A DNA stretch of 64,000 nucleotides from Iphione sp. A-MEVVRFRX5 (GCA_976226885.1 OZ320323.1:16926001-16990000), one strand, 5' to 3'. Counted from the stretch's first letter, positions 34,871-49,400 are shown. Made by a program: numbers and translations. The notes: a model not told the origin generated them from the letters alone.

Positions 34871-36099
34871 GGCAATGCCAAGAGGTCAACCGCAGACAAA
34901 CCAGAGGCAAATGATGACGTCACTGGAGTGTCAAGGTTATAGTTGTAACAAGACCTTCGGAAGCTAAAATTATAGCCGGTATTTCTAAGTTCCTTTTTTC
35001 TATGAATGCATTCAATTATACATGCAATTTGTAGATATTCTACTGCCAGCAACTAAAAAAAGAGTTGTCATACCAAACTTAAATTTCATCCCCAAGTACT
35101 TCTAAAATAATTTTGCTTTTCACGCTCATAGCTAACCAACACAGGGAAACCTTTTTTATGCATTGATAAACAGGTCATGAAGCTAACCCAATAGACAAAA
35201 TAATTCACGCCTGTGTGTGGTGGAGGCGGTAGGGCGGGCGGGTAGGCAAGCTTGACCTCTGGGTCAACGATACAAAGTAGCAACAAGCAGAAACATTAGC
35301 TATTCTACCGCATACATCGGCCTATGGTAGATTGACCCGTAGTCGCCAGAGGGCGAGGTGCAAGGTATGACGGGAAAGGGAAAACGTAGCAGGATTCGGA
35401 GTGTAGCGCAAGTCAAAGTCAGGGGGATTATAAGCTGCATAGCTAGATGGATGGATACAGCGGGGAGGGAGGGGAGGGGGGGGACTGGATGTGTGCTCAG
35501 AGGAGGAGAGCGGTGGGTAAACCGAAGATATGAATGAGGAGAAAGCTGGTATTTACCGTAGTGATATTTCTGCAAAACGTTGCTTCTCTTACGAAGAAAA
35601 CTGTACTCTAACATTGTCGAAAATGAAAAAAGGAGAAGGGCAGGGGAGTTAAGTATTGAGGAGTATCTGAGTGAGGTATAAGGTGATGAGTTATTTTTGA
35701 TCTAAGTGAAAAGAGGTCTGCGGTAAAGGAGAAAAAGGAAGGCGATAAAAAAGACAGAGGAGTGAGGATGGAGCCAAGAACATGAGTAAAGCAATACGTT
35801 TTCTATACGAGGCACATCGTAGTGGAGTGGGTGAGGGGTGGGGGGTTATTACAGGTAAAGCCTGAAGACGAGAGGATAACAGCGGAGAGGATTCCGGAAG
35901 ATATTTTAAGAAGACAGGGAGGAAACGCTCAAATTTACATCCGCAGTTTTCTTGTTTTCTTGTTTCTCAACGCCTCTGTCAGGCAAGAACCCTGTTTTAC
36001 CAGCGAGGGCAAGGGTGGCAACGGCCATGTCAGGGTAAGTAGAATACATGGCGAGGAGTAGCGTGAGTTTGGACGTTGGGGGTTGGGGGGGGGGGGGCG

Positions 36100-36300
36100 C
36101 TGTGGAGAACTCGGGGAAAGAGAGAGGCATCGCCGGCGGAAACGTAGCCGCACGAGCATCAGTGATTCTGTTCATGGCCCGGTCGTATGTGATGCTCATA
36201 TTGGCGCAGCCACGTTTGATCCATCGACCTGTCTAGGCCAATCAGACTCCACTCGTAGCCCACGTGTTAGGCCTGCCGCCAGGGGGCCAAAGGTCGAGGC
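36100..36300. promoter_or_regulatory. CpG-rich motif cluster
   Basis: GGCCAATCAG (CCAAT), CACGTG and GCCGCCAGGGGGC (CTCF-like, 36275-36287). Confidence 0.3.
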
Positions 36301-36899
36301 TGCGTCTCTGAGGGCATCCATCAGATTTCTACCCCTCCATCCGCATCCCCCTCAGCCCCTCAGACACATACAACCCCTCCCCCCCCCGCACCCGTCAACC
36401 CACTCACCAAACCCACCCAGCACCGACTTCATCCAAACCCATCTCATAAACCGTGCATACCATTCCCCGGCAAGATTCAATATCATTTACGTAAGTGAAG
36501 AGTAAGGAGAAAGCAGTTTTTCATAGCATTAAGTAAGGTTTTTTTCTTCTCCGCACACCCCTCCATCAGTCCACCACCGATCCCCTACCCTAAGACCTAC
36601 CTCCGATAAGAAGCTACGTGCCCCGTTCTCAAGGATATGGAAAAGATTCTTATTAGCTTCGAATAAGTCTACTCGATCGGAATTCTACCCAGACAAATAC
36701 CTTCTCCGACATTCGACCTTCCCCCATCGTACTCTCCCTGCCCAAAGTCTCACACCCGAGCCAAACTATGCTACCAACAACACTATGCCCACCTCCTAGT
36801 TACACACACACACACATTGCTCTTTCAAAGCAGTAACACATTGCTTTTTAATGGAAAGCGACCGAGCACATCTCGGACAGTCCTTAGTTTCCTCCCCTT

Positions 36900-36958
36900 T
36901 CTCCTCGTCCTCCTCCTCCTCGTCCTACTCCTCCTCCTCCTCCTCCTCCTCCTCCTCC
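36900..36958. repeat. (CCT)n simple repeat
   Basis: Direct reading. Confidence 0.9.
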
Positions 36959-37735
36959 CACTTCGCTTCCCTTTTACCTTGACTCCGACCTTAGCCTCTG
37001 AACCCCGCTCAACAACTCACATATGCACGTACACAAATGCACGACCGCACCACCCCAAAGAACCAGGCTATACATTCTACTGGCCTGGGCAGTCTAAGAG
37101 AGCCTCAACATCTCCTGGTGGCAGTAGGACTTCATACTCCTCAATATAACCCTTCCTATAAATCAGCCTTTCGGTTTAACTAAAAATACAAATAAAACCA
37201 AATTATGAGAAAATCAAAAAGGCTTAATTTTCAATAAAATCAACATGTTTTCCCTCTAACTTAAACCTACTCCTATTGAAGTCCCAGTATTGGTCCTAAT
37301 AGTTCCCATGAAACCTAAACCAAATATTATCTCGTACGTTTCAATGCAAATGTTCCTTGTAGATAATTGACCAATCACTGAATTGTGTTGTAAGTAAATG
37401 GAATAACATTCTTTGGAAGGCACGTAAATACTGTAGTCTGCCCATCAAATTGTTTACATTCCAATACAAAGTGTCACAGGCAAAAACGTCGTACGCATTA
37501 TGACGTAAGTCGACGATCAGGCAGTTGGGTCGGAGCTGAAAATGCCCCAATTTTGCTTACTACTTGCTGGAGACCGGCTTCTCTTTATCTAGCCACATGT
37601 ATAAATTGGGACTCCGTAGCCTACGAACGAAAAAGTCACCTGTAGCAACTCCAGTCACGTGTACACTGTTTCAAAGGTTACTGTGTGTCCAGCAGGTCAC
37701 ATCATTATCGCTGCCGTCCAAGCCCCCCTTGTTGC

Positions 37736-37806
37736 TCCTCCTCCCCCCTCCTCCTCCTCCTCCTCATCTTCCTCCTCCTCCTCCTCCTCCTCCTCCTCCT
37801 CCTCCT
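37736..37806. repeat. (CCT)n simple repeat
   Basis: Direct reading. Confidence 0.9.
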
Positions 37807-39999
37807 CAGATCTGGGTTGACCTGTGTCCACAACAGACTGTGATCAAGTTCTGTGTCAACCGAGTCTGCATGATTCACGTTTGTTTTCAAGAGTGACTGA
37901 AATCGACTCCTTTAAAAATGAACCTACCATCAGACGCCCCCTTTGAAGCCTGCAACTCGGAAGGTTCCCACATCGAACTATCCGAATCACCCAGGTTCAA
38001 ATACATACGAAGTAAAACCTATGTATTCTACGAACACTTGACATCGCTTTAAACAGGCCCATTTTGTTGGAACCAAAGCTATTTTCTATAGCTTATGTGC
38101 AAATCTCACAACTGGAGGCCTCCCCTAACAAGGGGATATTTCGACCTAGAACCAAGGGTTTCCAGAGTTCTGAGGTTCTATTGTAGATCCGTATCCGAGA
38201 AGAGACATGGAAATTTAATCCTGTTGGACATTCCTTTTAATGTATAGTAAACACAATCTGTTCCTCTCGAGATTTTCCCTGTTAGAGGTATGTCCCTATG
38301 AGAAATATGTTGTTCAGGTGTCTTTCCATTGAATACATGCACAGTAGAACCTTGAGACCTGCAGAGGCCCAGGATTGCCAGTGAAGTGTCCTAATGTAGG
38401 GGGGGGTCTCCAGTCCTGCATGGTACCATGAGTAGCCAAATATGATATCGTTCTAGACAGACCTGCTCCCAGTATAAGGTCTCCCCTGTTTTGTGTGCGC
38501 TTCCACTACACATATACACATGTTTATATGTAAGAGTTAAGCTTGCTACTACGTCCCTCGGTGTCCGGTAACAAGCCATCTGCGCCCACCGGTTGGCATG
38601 GATACCTGCCATAAACAATGATAGGTGCTTATTGGTTACCACGGCATCAACTGGCTTTTTTCCTGTACTGAATAAGCACATCCAACAATCAATCAATTTT
38701 CTGACAAATCCTGTCGGCCTGTGCATAAATAGAAATATATAGCTCATTTCATATAGCTGATATTTTCAAATGTGAAATACATATATAGCGAGAGAGAGCG
38801 CGATTTGCTTATAGTATTGCGCAAATCTATTTTCACTTTGCGCAGCAATCTACAGATAGATGCAAAGTATCCAAAGTATATGTATATACGGAAGTGGATT
38901 GGTTGAGTGTGAGAAAAAGAACGTGGGGAAGGGATGGCGAGAAACTGGGAGAGAAAGAGAGAGGGAAATAGACAAAGTGAAGGACAGAGAGGGAGAAAGG
39001 GAGCGACAGATGCCCGTGTGTTGCCATTGATGGCAGTAGTAGTGATGCTTGGAGAGCCTTTGCATATCGTGCAGCGCAATTAGCGCAAAGTGAAAATCAA
39101 ACAGCAGCGCGACAGCCCTCTGCAAACCGCGCCACTTGGTAGATCGCGTACAATATATATCTGCAAGTACACACGCATGTATCATGAACGAGCCCGATGG
39201 TGCTCTCAACCCAGTGTTGCCGAGTTTTAAACGGCCGTCTCTGAGCATGGTCTTATGAAACAGGGTCAGAGAGGCCTGTAGTGTAGCTTCCTTCGGATCC
39301 TTGTAAGGTCTAAGGTTAATCTCAATATCTATGATCATGACATCAGAATACCCTCCCAGGTTTATCTGATTTGTTATGTGGTGCATATCAAAAACATGTA
39401 ATATGCAATGTATACGTATACCACAGTGACTATCTATTGGAGGGTAAGTGACAGCTTTTGTGCCTTTATGTAAACAAAGAGGTGGGGGGATGGTTTTGAG
39501 CTGCAGATGTAAAATGGTAGTCCCAGACAGCAAGACAGCCAGGCAGCCCATGAATTAACATAATATGTAGTACATAATATTGACTACAGCGTCGAACAGG
39601 CAAAATGACGATTTATTGTAACCAGCCTTCATCAGAATAAGAACCCTGTATAAATAAGTGCTAATAAAGGCTCATATACGACCCTCTCTGGTCGCAAAAC
39701 ATGTTGGTTGTAATCCAATGAATTGGTGGGTACGTGCTAGTCTATCAACGTCAATTTTCCGTCCTCGAAGTAAATAGTAAATCGCCCAGTTTAATCGAGT
39801 GTTTCTGTCAACATCACGACCGCAAACATGTGAAGGAGGAGGAGGAGTAGGAGGACGAGGAGCAGGAGGAGGACGGCGAGTAAGAAATACGTGGTGAGCA
39901 TTCTGGATGAACGAGGACCAAGTAGTATAGAAAAAAGACACCTGTCTCAGGTTGAGAGGCGGCGGATTCGCCGTTATCGATTGGGTGTTTGATTCCCAG

Positions 40000-40520
40000 T
40001 CGCTCCTTTAGCGTTGTGCTTAAATCCTAATTTAAATACCTCACACTAATGAAGGAAGCGTTTAAGTTAATCACTTCTCGTGCCATTCTTGTTTCTCGCG
40101 AGAGCTGCTCTCGCGGAATATTATTTTCAACCACTCGGCGGCCGTTGTTAAGGGCCGACTCTCACGCTGGTACCCAGCCTTATCCCATACGCCAGTACGA
40201 AGTACCTTCCGCGCACCAGCATCATTAACTCGCCCGTGGACGCAGCATGAAGGGATGGGGCCCCCGTCTGAAACTGCCGACGCGCCCGCCCACCGTTCCA
40301 AATTTGATTATTGACATTAATTTGTGTGATTCGGGGCGTTCGAGCTCGCCCGCCTCGAGGTATTGCATGGGCCTGGCAGGCGTTGCATTATGGGTATTGA
40401 AACTCGTGCTCTACAGCGTCTCTCAGACTACCGGCGTGCCTGTAAACTGGTACCCTGCCTGGCTCAAAAACAAACCCACTAAGTGAGGGATCAAAGATGG
40501 AACGGTGGCCCGCTGTGCCA
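40000..40520. promoter_or_regulatory. CpG-rich non-coding element
   Basis: Perfect TCTCGCGAGA at 40094-40103, TCTCGCGGA at 40109, several TAAT/ATTA cores and GATCAAAG (TCF-like). Confidence 0.35.
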
Positions 40521-40955
40521 TGGGAGACGGTATCAGTTAGAAATGCATTCATTACTAGGGGATTGCAAGGTTGGCATCGCACTAAGGAGGTCTTAGTAAA
40601 ATTATTTACACATGCTTTCACAACGATAAATTGGCTATGTGGCTCTGAGATATCTACTGGCATGTTCGCTAAACAAATCAACATTACTTCTTACAGTAGA
40701 TATCAGAAGGTTGATGTTTTTACACTACCTATATAAAACGTTGCCTGAAAGTAGTTCGGCCATGGTGAGAAGTTCTCATACAGATGTGAGTTAACAGAGG
40801 GAGATAATTTTTTTATTATTACTTATGTATCCAGTGAAACTATTGCAAATGAAGACATGTACTTTGCACAATTTCTTGATTATGAGTGCTTATGTAGAAA
40901 CAGAATAGCACAATGGACTATTTTCTCAGTAAGGGTGTATCAATGCACAACTGTG

Positions 40956-41030
40956 TAAACAACAGGTAGAGATGGGGATGGGGTCATAAACAACAGGTAG
41001 AGATTGGGGGGGGGGGTCGTAAACAACCAG
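40956..41030. repeat. Short tandem repeat, about 2.5 x ~31 bp
   Basis: TAAACAACAGGTAGAGAT...GGGGTC occurs twice, followed by a partial third unit. Confidence 0.75.
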
Positions 41031-43019
41031 TGCAAGTGCCGAAGGCGCTTGTGTATAGTTAAAATATATGAACAATCATGAGAAACCTTTGTGTCCAAAC
41101 AGGAAATGAATGTTAGGACACCTGGAAATTTACAGTCGGTCGTTTTAAAGCACGGTTCAGCTCTGCTTTGAGCTGGATTTTTCCAGTTATGACTGATCAC
41201 CTTACAACCAGAAATGGTCTTAAGAATCTCGTTCGATAGCCAGTGTCCACTCCACTCCTATTGAAACTTGTAACCGAACCATTCTGAGAGACCACATTGT
41301 CTGAATGGATATACATATCGGCAAATGGTCTGTTGAACATGGGCAGAAAATGATTTTCTGGAATCAAACACCATGCCCTGGACTATCACTAAGTAAACTG
41401 TCACTGGTAACAGCACTAGTCTGCGTCAGTATGGGGGTACAGGGCTCTCCCTCCCTGTCTCCCAGCTGATCACTGATGCTACTCGTCTATACAAATAACC
41501 CCAGCCATAAATTCATATTCCCATCCGAAAGTCAACTCAACCAATGGTTGATGAATTATACAAACATGGACCCCAACGGCCGACAAGCCAGGGGGAGATC
41601 ACCAGAATAAATACGGGTGTAAATAAGACGGTAAACCCCACTGTCCTGGGCCTAACATACAGACATGTCTGGGTTATTTAGTTACTGGACTAAGGCATGT
41701 TCCTCACACCCAGGGTCTCCTCCCATCTGGGAACCACTTTTGTACCTGTCAGGTCTAATGCGAGGATCACATATATGTGTGTATACAGAAAATGGTGGAC
41801 AGAAAGTCGTTCACAAGAAATGTGGTCGACCTTCGGAGGTTGTCTGTGTATTTCGGCCGTGCACATCTGTAAACTAATACTAATTTAATCCCAGTGGATA
41901 CTGATTGGCTTATATACGGATTTCTATAGATGTCAATCCAAACCATTGTCACGGATATACTTCTTCTACATTAAGCTTTTAAACGCTAATGGTACAGGAT
42001 GGAAGTACACTTCTATCTTCTTCATACCTAGATCATAGAATATTCAACAGAACAGGATCTGGCCCAACAGAAAGTTAAAAGTCTCGCAAGTCACAAAAGC
42101 GTTACCTTTTCACGTTGCACGAACACATTATCTACCGAGCCGTTCATGAGGGGAAAAAAGATACATTAAGGGAAAAGATTCCCGCACCATGAAAGTAGAG
42201 GGAAAAGGGTGAGATCAGGTATCCAAGGACTACTGCAGAACGTTGCAGGCCTTATAGCTGGATCGACCGCCCGCTTGAGCGAGGGTGCCTACATAATATA
42301 CGACATCCAAATGTAGCTTATTCTTTTTCTAATTATCAACAATGCCATTATAAATGGATGTATTAATGGGGCTTAAAGTCAAGACCTTTACTTAAAACGG
42401 AAACAAGAGGGGGCTATAAAACACAAAAGATCCAACCACAAAATCTGAGAAAAACTCGTCAAAACATGAGCACATCACTGCCAAGAGACTTGTTCCAGCA
42501 TCAAGGAGGGGTCGCCCTTTAAAAGCTCTGAAAGGCACCTGAGCAAAAACATTTGACGAACATCCACGAAAGGAGAGTCTGAACTTCTATCCAAACCGTA
42601 CCCTCTTTCAGCTATACGCTCGTCTCACACCGCACCACCCCCCACCTCTATCAAACTGCCCTGAGGGTGTGAAATTCATGTTTAGGTGCGACTATTATCC
42701 TCACTTCAAACAGCTGCCAGACGTTCCCCCTCATTACCCACTCCCCCCCCCCCTGCAAAGCCCCTCAAAACCAACCAAGCAACCACATTGGCTGACGAGT
42801 GAGCCTCTTGTCTCGCGACGAAGTGGCTTTGCCTTTCGGGAAAATCCACAAGCATCCAGCCCCGAACACATCCCTCCCACCCCTCCCTCCCTCCCTGTCG
42901 TCCGATGAGCCTGTCAGTAAAAATATGTGACGTGTAAATGGGCTCCTATTAATAGGCTTTCACGGCTGCTCCCGGGCGCCAAAATTACGATTTCTACGGC
43001 ATATTAGCCCGGTCGTCCC

Positions 43020-43075
43020 CAGCTGATATGAGAGATAAGCGGGAGATAAAGGGAGATAAGGGAGGGGATAGAGGA
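43020..43075 (+). promoter_or_regulatory. Clustered GATA motifs
   Basis: AGATAA at 43033, 43044 and 43054. Confidence 0.35.
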
Positions 43076-43346
43076 GCAGCAGATGGGCGGCAGTGGCTTC
43101 TGATTTGGCGTGAACGACATGTGTCCACATCAATATGATCTCCCTCTTGCTGTTGGTCGTGGTGTTAAAAAATGAGTCGGGGTGATTGGGGAGAGGCTTC
43201 GAGCGGCTCGGGAGTAATACAGGCTGAAGCGAGCAGGACTAATTCGCCGGGAGGAATCATCTTCTCTCTCTCTCCAACTCACTCGGTTCATCGATGGCGA
43301 GAATTTCACTTAGTGACCAAAGGACATTGAATGAGTTATTCAATGC

Positions 43347-43348
<2 letters not shown>

Positions 43349-43411
<63 letters not shown>
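43349..43411. repeat. (GA)n microsatellite
   Basis: Direct reading. Confidence 0.97.
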
Positions 43412-43414
<3 letters not shown>

Positions 43415-46400
43415 GACGAAGTGAAGGAGGTACAGTGGAGGGTGATAAGGTTACATGAACATCAAAACAGAGAGATAATCGATTACAAGCGGGCTATAGA
43501 ATGGGAGCTGTAGGAAAAATTAAAAGAGACAGATGGAGAGACACACAAAAAGAGGAAGAGAGAGGCAGACTGAGAGGCAAACTGAGAGAAAGGTAAAGAT
43601 GCAGAGAGAAAGAGCATAAGACGGGAGACATTTAGTTTGAATGAATTGGTGTGAGGCTTACGGAAACAACAACCTAGAATCACGCACGACAGCGAGAGAG
43701 ACAGACGTAAAAGAGAAAAACTTCCAGAGAATAGTTAAACAGGAAGAGCTGTAAGCATGATCAGCATGAAAAACACTTACACAACTTTACATTATTAAAA
43801 TCCTGTAATTAACACAGAGAGACAAGAAAGGCGGTTGCTATGCGAAATACAATTATCCAAGACGAAGCCACATTATCTCTTCACCTGCCTGACATATTTT
43901 AACTTGCTCAAATATCTGCGTGGTCTGGAAACTATTTTATATTCCTTCATTAATTTGAGCATCAGGAGCAGGTTGCAACTTTCACATTTACACTTTATGT
44001 CTGCGGGAGACTCACGGAAATCCTTACTCCAAGAAAATAATATAAACCACCAAAGTATATCCTCATAACATATATTAGATGCTTTGTGGACGTGAATATA
44101 AGACAAATTTACCGGCGTGAGACGTATAATGAAATTCAAGACGAGACAATCCATAACGTCATTTAGGGCGGCTGCATTTTAAATCCATAAATATTCGAAA
44201 GTAATTTTATTATGAGGACTAATATCTACATAGTGTAGGTGATGGCATATTCATAGGGAGAGTTTCTTTCGGTCAAGGGAATGCAAGATCCCTACCAACG
44301 TGTATGCAAGTACGGAAGTGTTACAATATATCCCATGGAACATCTATTATTAACCGTCTCAAGTAGCGAGGAACATGTTGAAATATTTGAGACAGACAAC
44401 ATCATAATTTCGTGAGTGTGCAAACTTACGGGGGAAGCCAGAAGCAGTGGTTGTGAGTGCTTTTATAGGAAAATGTTTCAAAACGCTCTTAGGCTGTTTT
44501 CAAACTATAAGGATAGCATCGCATTACATCCGACAAAAAAATGGTCGAAAGTAAGTTTCGTGTGGCAGAAAGCATCTCTCGTGTCTCACTGAGTAGAATT
44601 TGAAATTGAAAAGATGGCCGCACAAAAAGTAAACAAGATCTGAGCAGTGAAACAGGCAAGCTTTAGACGAGGATTAAAAGTATAATAACCAGGCCATGTT
44701 AAATCAGCAACGCGACAATATGCATGGAGAGGGACAGATTGTAAGCCTCAGCTATTTCTCTACTATCTACTATGTATTCCCCAAGCTTCAGCAAACACCC
44801 ATAACCTGGAGTGATAAGACACCCAACCAGATGCTTTCTGTGTCTCTCTCACGGAGAACTATCCGACTGGCTGCAACTTCACAATAGAACTTAATCCTTA
44901 GGGCATATCCCACTCTAATCCCGCACAGCTTTTAATTCCTAATACTTTCAGCACATCCCGCTCACATCCTTGTACAGCTTCCCCCCCCCCCCCGCCAGAG
45001 CAGAGTGTTAATGAAGATTGTAAGTACTGTGCCTCCTAATGGGAGCTGCTGGCAGAGTGAGGGAAGCGGTGGGGAACATTGGTATACATTGTATAACGTC
45101 AGTGTGGAAATATAGTGGGTCCCCCTGGCTGCTTAATGCGATTGGAAAGAAGCAGCGGCGTGTGGTGGAGATCGAATGAGAGCGAGAAGGAGACATGTAT
45201 ATGTATAGGACCTAGTTTACCCACCACAACAAGAACGCCCCCCCACCTACCCCGTACGTCTGTGCGCCGAACATATTCTATCTTATATTACAAGTAACGT
45301 TTTTTATTGTAACAGTTCGCTATGAAGACTAATGGTGCATTGTACATGTATTTGACGGTAAGATTAACTGGGTGAGTATGGACAGTTTATTTATGTTGTC
45401 AAATGCCAGTAAAAAGAACCGTATGATTAACAGTATGGAAGTGTGTAAGCATGGAGATGTTTTACATGTACATGTATGCATTTTTTTACATATACAGACT
45501 GAATAGGCATGGATGTTCCCTTAGAATGTAACCCAGCAGCCCTTTTTTCTGTGATTATGGCTGTAAGTTTATACAAATATATGTGAGTATACATGTGCGT
45601 ATGTGAGCAAGTAGGTCGGTAGGTAATTACATGTAGGTAGGAGATTGTGAATATGTGCACGTATTCGTATCTGAGTTGGATGTAAGACGGTAGGTAAGGG
45701 ATGCCCCACTTCCAATATGTATAAGTCTATCTGCAGTCCCCGTTTTAATCACTAGGTAAGCTTCCCACTGCTGCTGGGCTGGCGAGGAATATTGCTTCAT
45801 GCTTGGAATTCCTTATTGATGCCTCGGACTGCTTCGATGACAAAGTACTATTTCGATCAATTTTGTCGCTCGCTCTTACTGCCCTGGTCCTGGTTCATGA
45901 AAACACCACAATAACACCAAAGAGAATGGCTTGGTAGACAAATGAATCAATGGAAAGAAATTGCACTCCTAGTTGTGCTACTTCTTCTCCTGTATATGTC
46001 CCCCCTTTATTCTACACAGACTTGACATTTAATTCCGATAAAGGAATGAAATCTGGCTATATGTAACATGGGCGGGCTTGTGAAAAGATACATATATGTA
46101 AAGAGTAATAAAGAGTAAGAATAAAATGGCATTTCATTTTTAAAAGCATTTCTTTACTTGCACGTGTAGTAGTATGTTTCATGCGCCCAAAATACTATGG
46201 GAAAACACATGAATACATGGTTTTCTATTGAATTTCCTTTGATGAGTAAGGCTGTATTTATGACTCTCTCTTATATTTCGCTTTATTTTCGCTTGCGCGT
46301 GTGTCTGCGCGTGTGTGTAAATATCGTGGAAACAAAAACCTACACATGTACTTTCCACTTTCCGACTAATCAAAGGAAACTGATTTAGAAGTCTTTTTGT

Positions 46401-49400
46401 GATAAACGACGACATATGACGAGGTAGCATGAATTTGAGCTGGTCTACTTAATCCTTTGTAGCTGCGCTGATTAATCATATTAAACTTTCATTCATGTAT
46501 ACCGTTGCTCTGCATCTCAGCCTCTGTATGACGTCACCGAGGTGTCAGGCGTATTTCCTGTCTTAACACGTGCCACTGAGCCCTAGTTTTTTCTTTTTTT
46601 ATAGTTTCTGAAGTTTTCTCTTAATATCGTTCAGGAATAATGTCCCATCGACATTACTTCGACTCTCCGCTCTTGTCACTTTCATCAATTAAGTTGGGTG
46701 TTTTCGGCTGCTTTTATCTGGGAAGATAAAGTCGCAGTTGAAGACTTTGGGGGAGGAGGTCACATACTTGGCGTGTCTAAATGGAGTTAAGAATCTTAAT
46801 GTACGAGTTGCTTTCTTCATATCACATAGGGATGTGAACATGACAGATACAATAGGTAGGCACGAATAACCATTTAGTTGTACATGCGTGAGAGACAGAG
46901 ATACACGCAAGTACCCTGGGCACGAAAAGCATCATTCAGAACCACATGTTGCATAAGTTGGGCTTGGACGCCATCGGCAATTTGTATCACCATGGATATA
47001 AAATATGATACATATATAAAAGCGAGTAGACCACATGAGCTAACAAGGACTTCAGTAATTCTTGGGCACCTGAATTTACATTCTGTACAAATGTTTACGA
47101 TTCAAAATGCACGTGAGCTTGTGACTATGAACCAATCCGAAACAGAACTCCCGCAAAGCTCGCCCGCGTGCCTTTCCATATGAAATATTGAGAAATATTG
47201 CTTCTGTAAACCTCTCCTCTACTTTGTCCCAGGCGTACGTATTTTTGTTTTACTGTGCTCCACAACTGGCTTAACATGGACCATGAAAGTGCGATGACAA
47301 CTGGGAGTTCCTCCAAACGTACGTTGATATTAATCTGTCTATATAAAAAATCTATACATATGTATACATGTATATGTATATATTGCTCCTTAGCTCTTAT
47401 TAGCTGACTGCAGATAGGTTTCCTATTTCGTTAAGGCGACAATACAACGCATATAAATGTTTGATTTACGGCATGAGCCCAATCAGATGCTCAAGCTTGA
47501 GCAACTAGAAACTCATAAATCCCCTGTACATGCCAAGAAAACCTTCCAACATAGGGAGAAGATGATAGGATTTACGCTCTATTGTAATTAGTTGCAGGGA
47601 TATTGTATTCCAGGAATTACTTATTATTAATAGCGAGTACGTGTGCATCTGCTTGCTTGACATACCACTAAAAGATGTCGGGAAGGAGATTTTGTGACAT
47701 GAACACATTCTGCAGGCTGGTATCTTTCATGATTATGGTATTGCTCTACATCTGTGCTCCATCTATTCCCATCTTTGATCGGCAGTTCTATGTTTTATCA
47801 ATAACGTTTCGCAGTCGCTTTAATCACATTTCATGTAGTCATGCAAAATCCGTGAAAGCATCGTATCTTCGTCAGGAAAAATGAACAAGATGCACGAAGG
47901 AACACACAACATCCCTTTGAAACAATCCTTTGTAATACATTATATAGACATAGTGCCTGTGAAAGGACTGCAGTAGGCATGAGGTCTGCTCTGAACAGTG
48001 ATGTAGTGCGATTTTTGATTTTCCCATGTAAAAATTCCACCTATGGTAAAGTTAAATGAATGTAGATAAAAACAGAAGTATTTATGCACATACCGTAGGA
48101 AATAAATGTAAAAAAGCAAGGGGGATATGCGTTTATCTTTGTCTGTATTATGGGTAGGTTGTCCTCTTCTCCCAGAGACCAATGAGCTTTTCTAAATGTT
48201 CTTGTCTCTGTGGATACAAATACTCGAGTACAACTTTCATGGGTTATCTAGTGAGGTGAAAGCATCACGTGCCTGACGTGCCAGATGTCGACAGGGAGAA
48301 AACTCGGACGTTGTCGCACAGCTTTACAACTTGCTGTTGCTGCTGCATACATCAGGCCAGGGCAATGTTCCCATGAGACACTGGTTCTGATTGGTCAGGA
48401 GGTAAGCCAATGACCATCCTGATGACTATGGGTCAACACGATCCCAAAGAGACCCAGGAAATCCAAAAGCGCAACACGCGCCATGCTTCTTTAGACATTG
48501 GATGCACAGAATTTGTCTCACTCAGTAACTTATATATATATATATATATTGCAAGCACCGTCAGCACCTGCACTCTCTCTCTGTCTACATTTGAAGGTTA
48601 AGGTCATTGGTGTATTCTTACGCCCAACTGAGAAAGCAGTGCCTAAGTTTTGCTCTGCTTTTTTATATATTCTGTTTTCTACCTTAAAATATATGGTAGC
48701 ATATATTAATCTAAACAAGATTAACATATCCTAAAAGGGAAAATAAATCATAAGGTTTTGAAAGAGCCTCACATCCATGACACCTCTTACCCATGGCCAC
48801 TACTACTTTCAAACCATGTTTTATGTATGTACGTAGCGTAAAGAGAGAACAAATCTACATGAATGCAGATCCACATCATTCTAGATCAACACGATTCTAG
48901 ACCCACATGATTAAAGATCCACTTGGTTCCAGAACTACACGGTTGCAGATCCGCATGGTTCCCTTTGATGACTTACACTGGAAATAGTTTTTCACTTATG
49001 CTCTATTTCTTTCACTGTCGAAAGATGATAACTAACACTGGAGAACGTTCTATTTTAACGGCAGAAATATTATTCCTCTCGGGAAACAGACCAGAGCTGA
49101 AACGTGATATTCAAAGTAAGTCTGAGTAACAAGAATCCAGTAGCACAGAATCTCAACCAAGTATTTACGACAAGAAGCACTTTTCATCCTTTTTTCCTTC
49201 TGTTTTAAATTGTCTCTTGGACGACTGTGGCTAAACAAACAGTATGGTATGTCCGGGCCGCAGAGGCGAGAGTCAAATTTAACAATGAAAAAGAAAACTC
49301 AATGATCACAGTATTAAATTGCATCGCGGTAAAATGTTGATTCTTTTTTAGAACGATCATGGATTGGAAGAGCGCCTAAGTAAGCAGTATTTTTATTGGC

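Noticed and set aside
38850-39551. 233-aa minus-strand ORF
   Set aside because: No recognisable domain, composition resembles non-coding translation, and the end is a TC-rich repeat.
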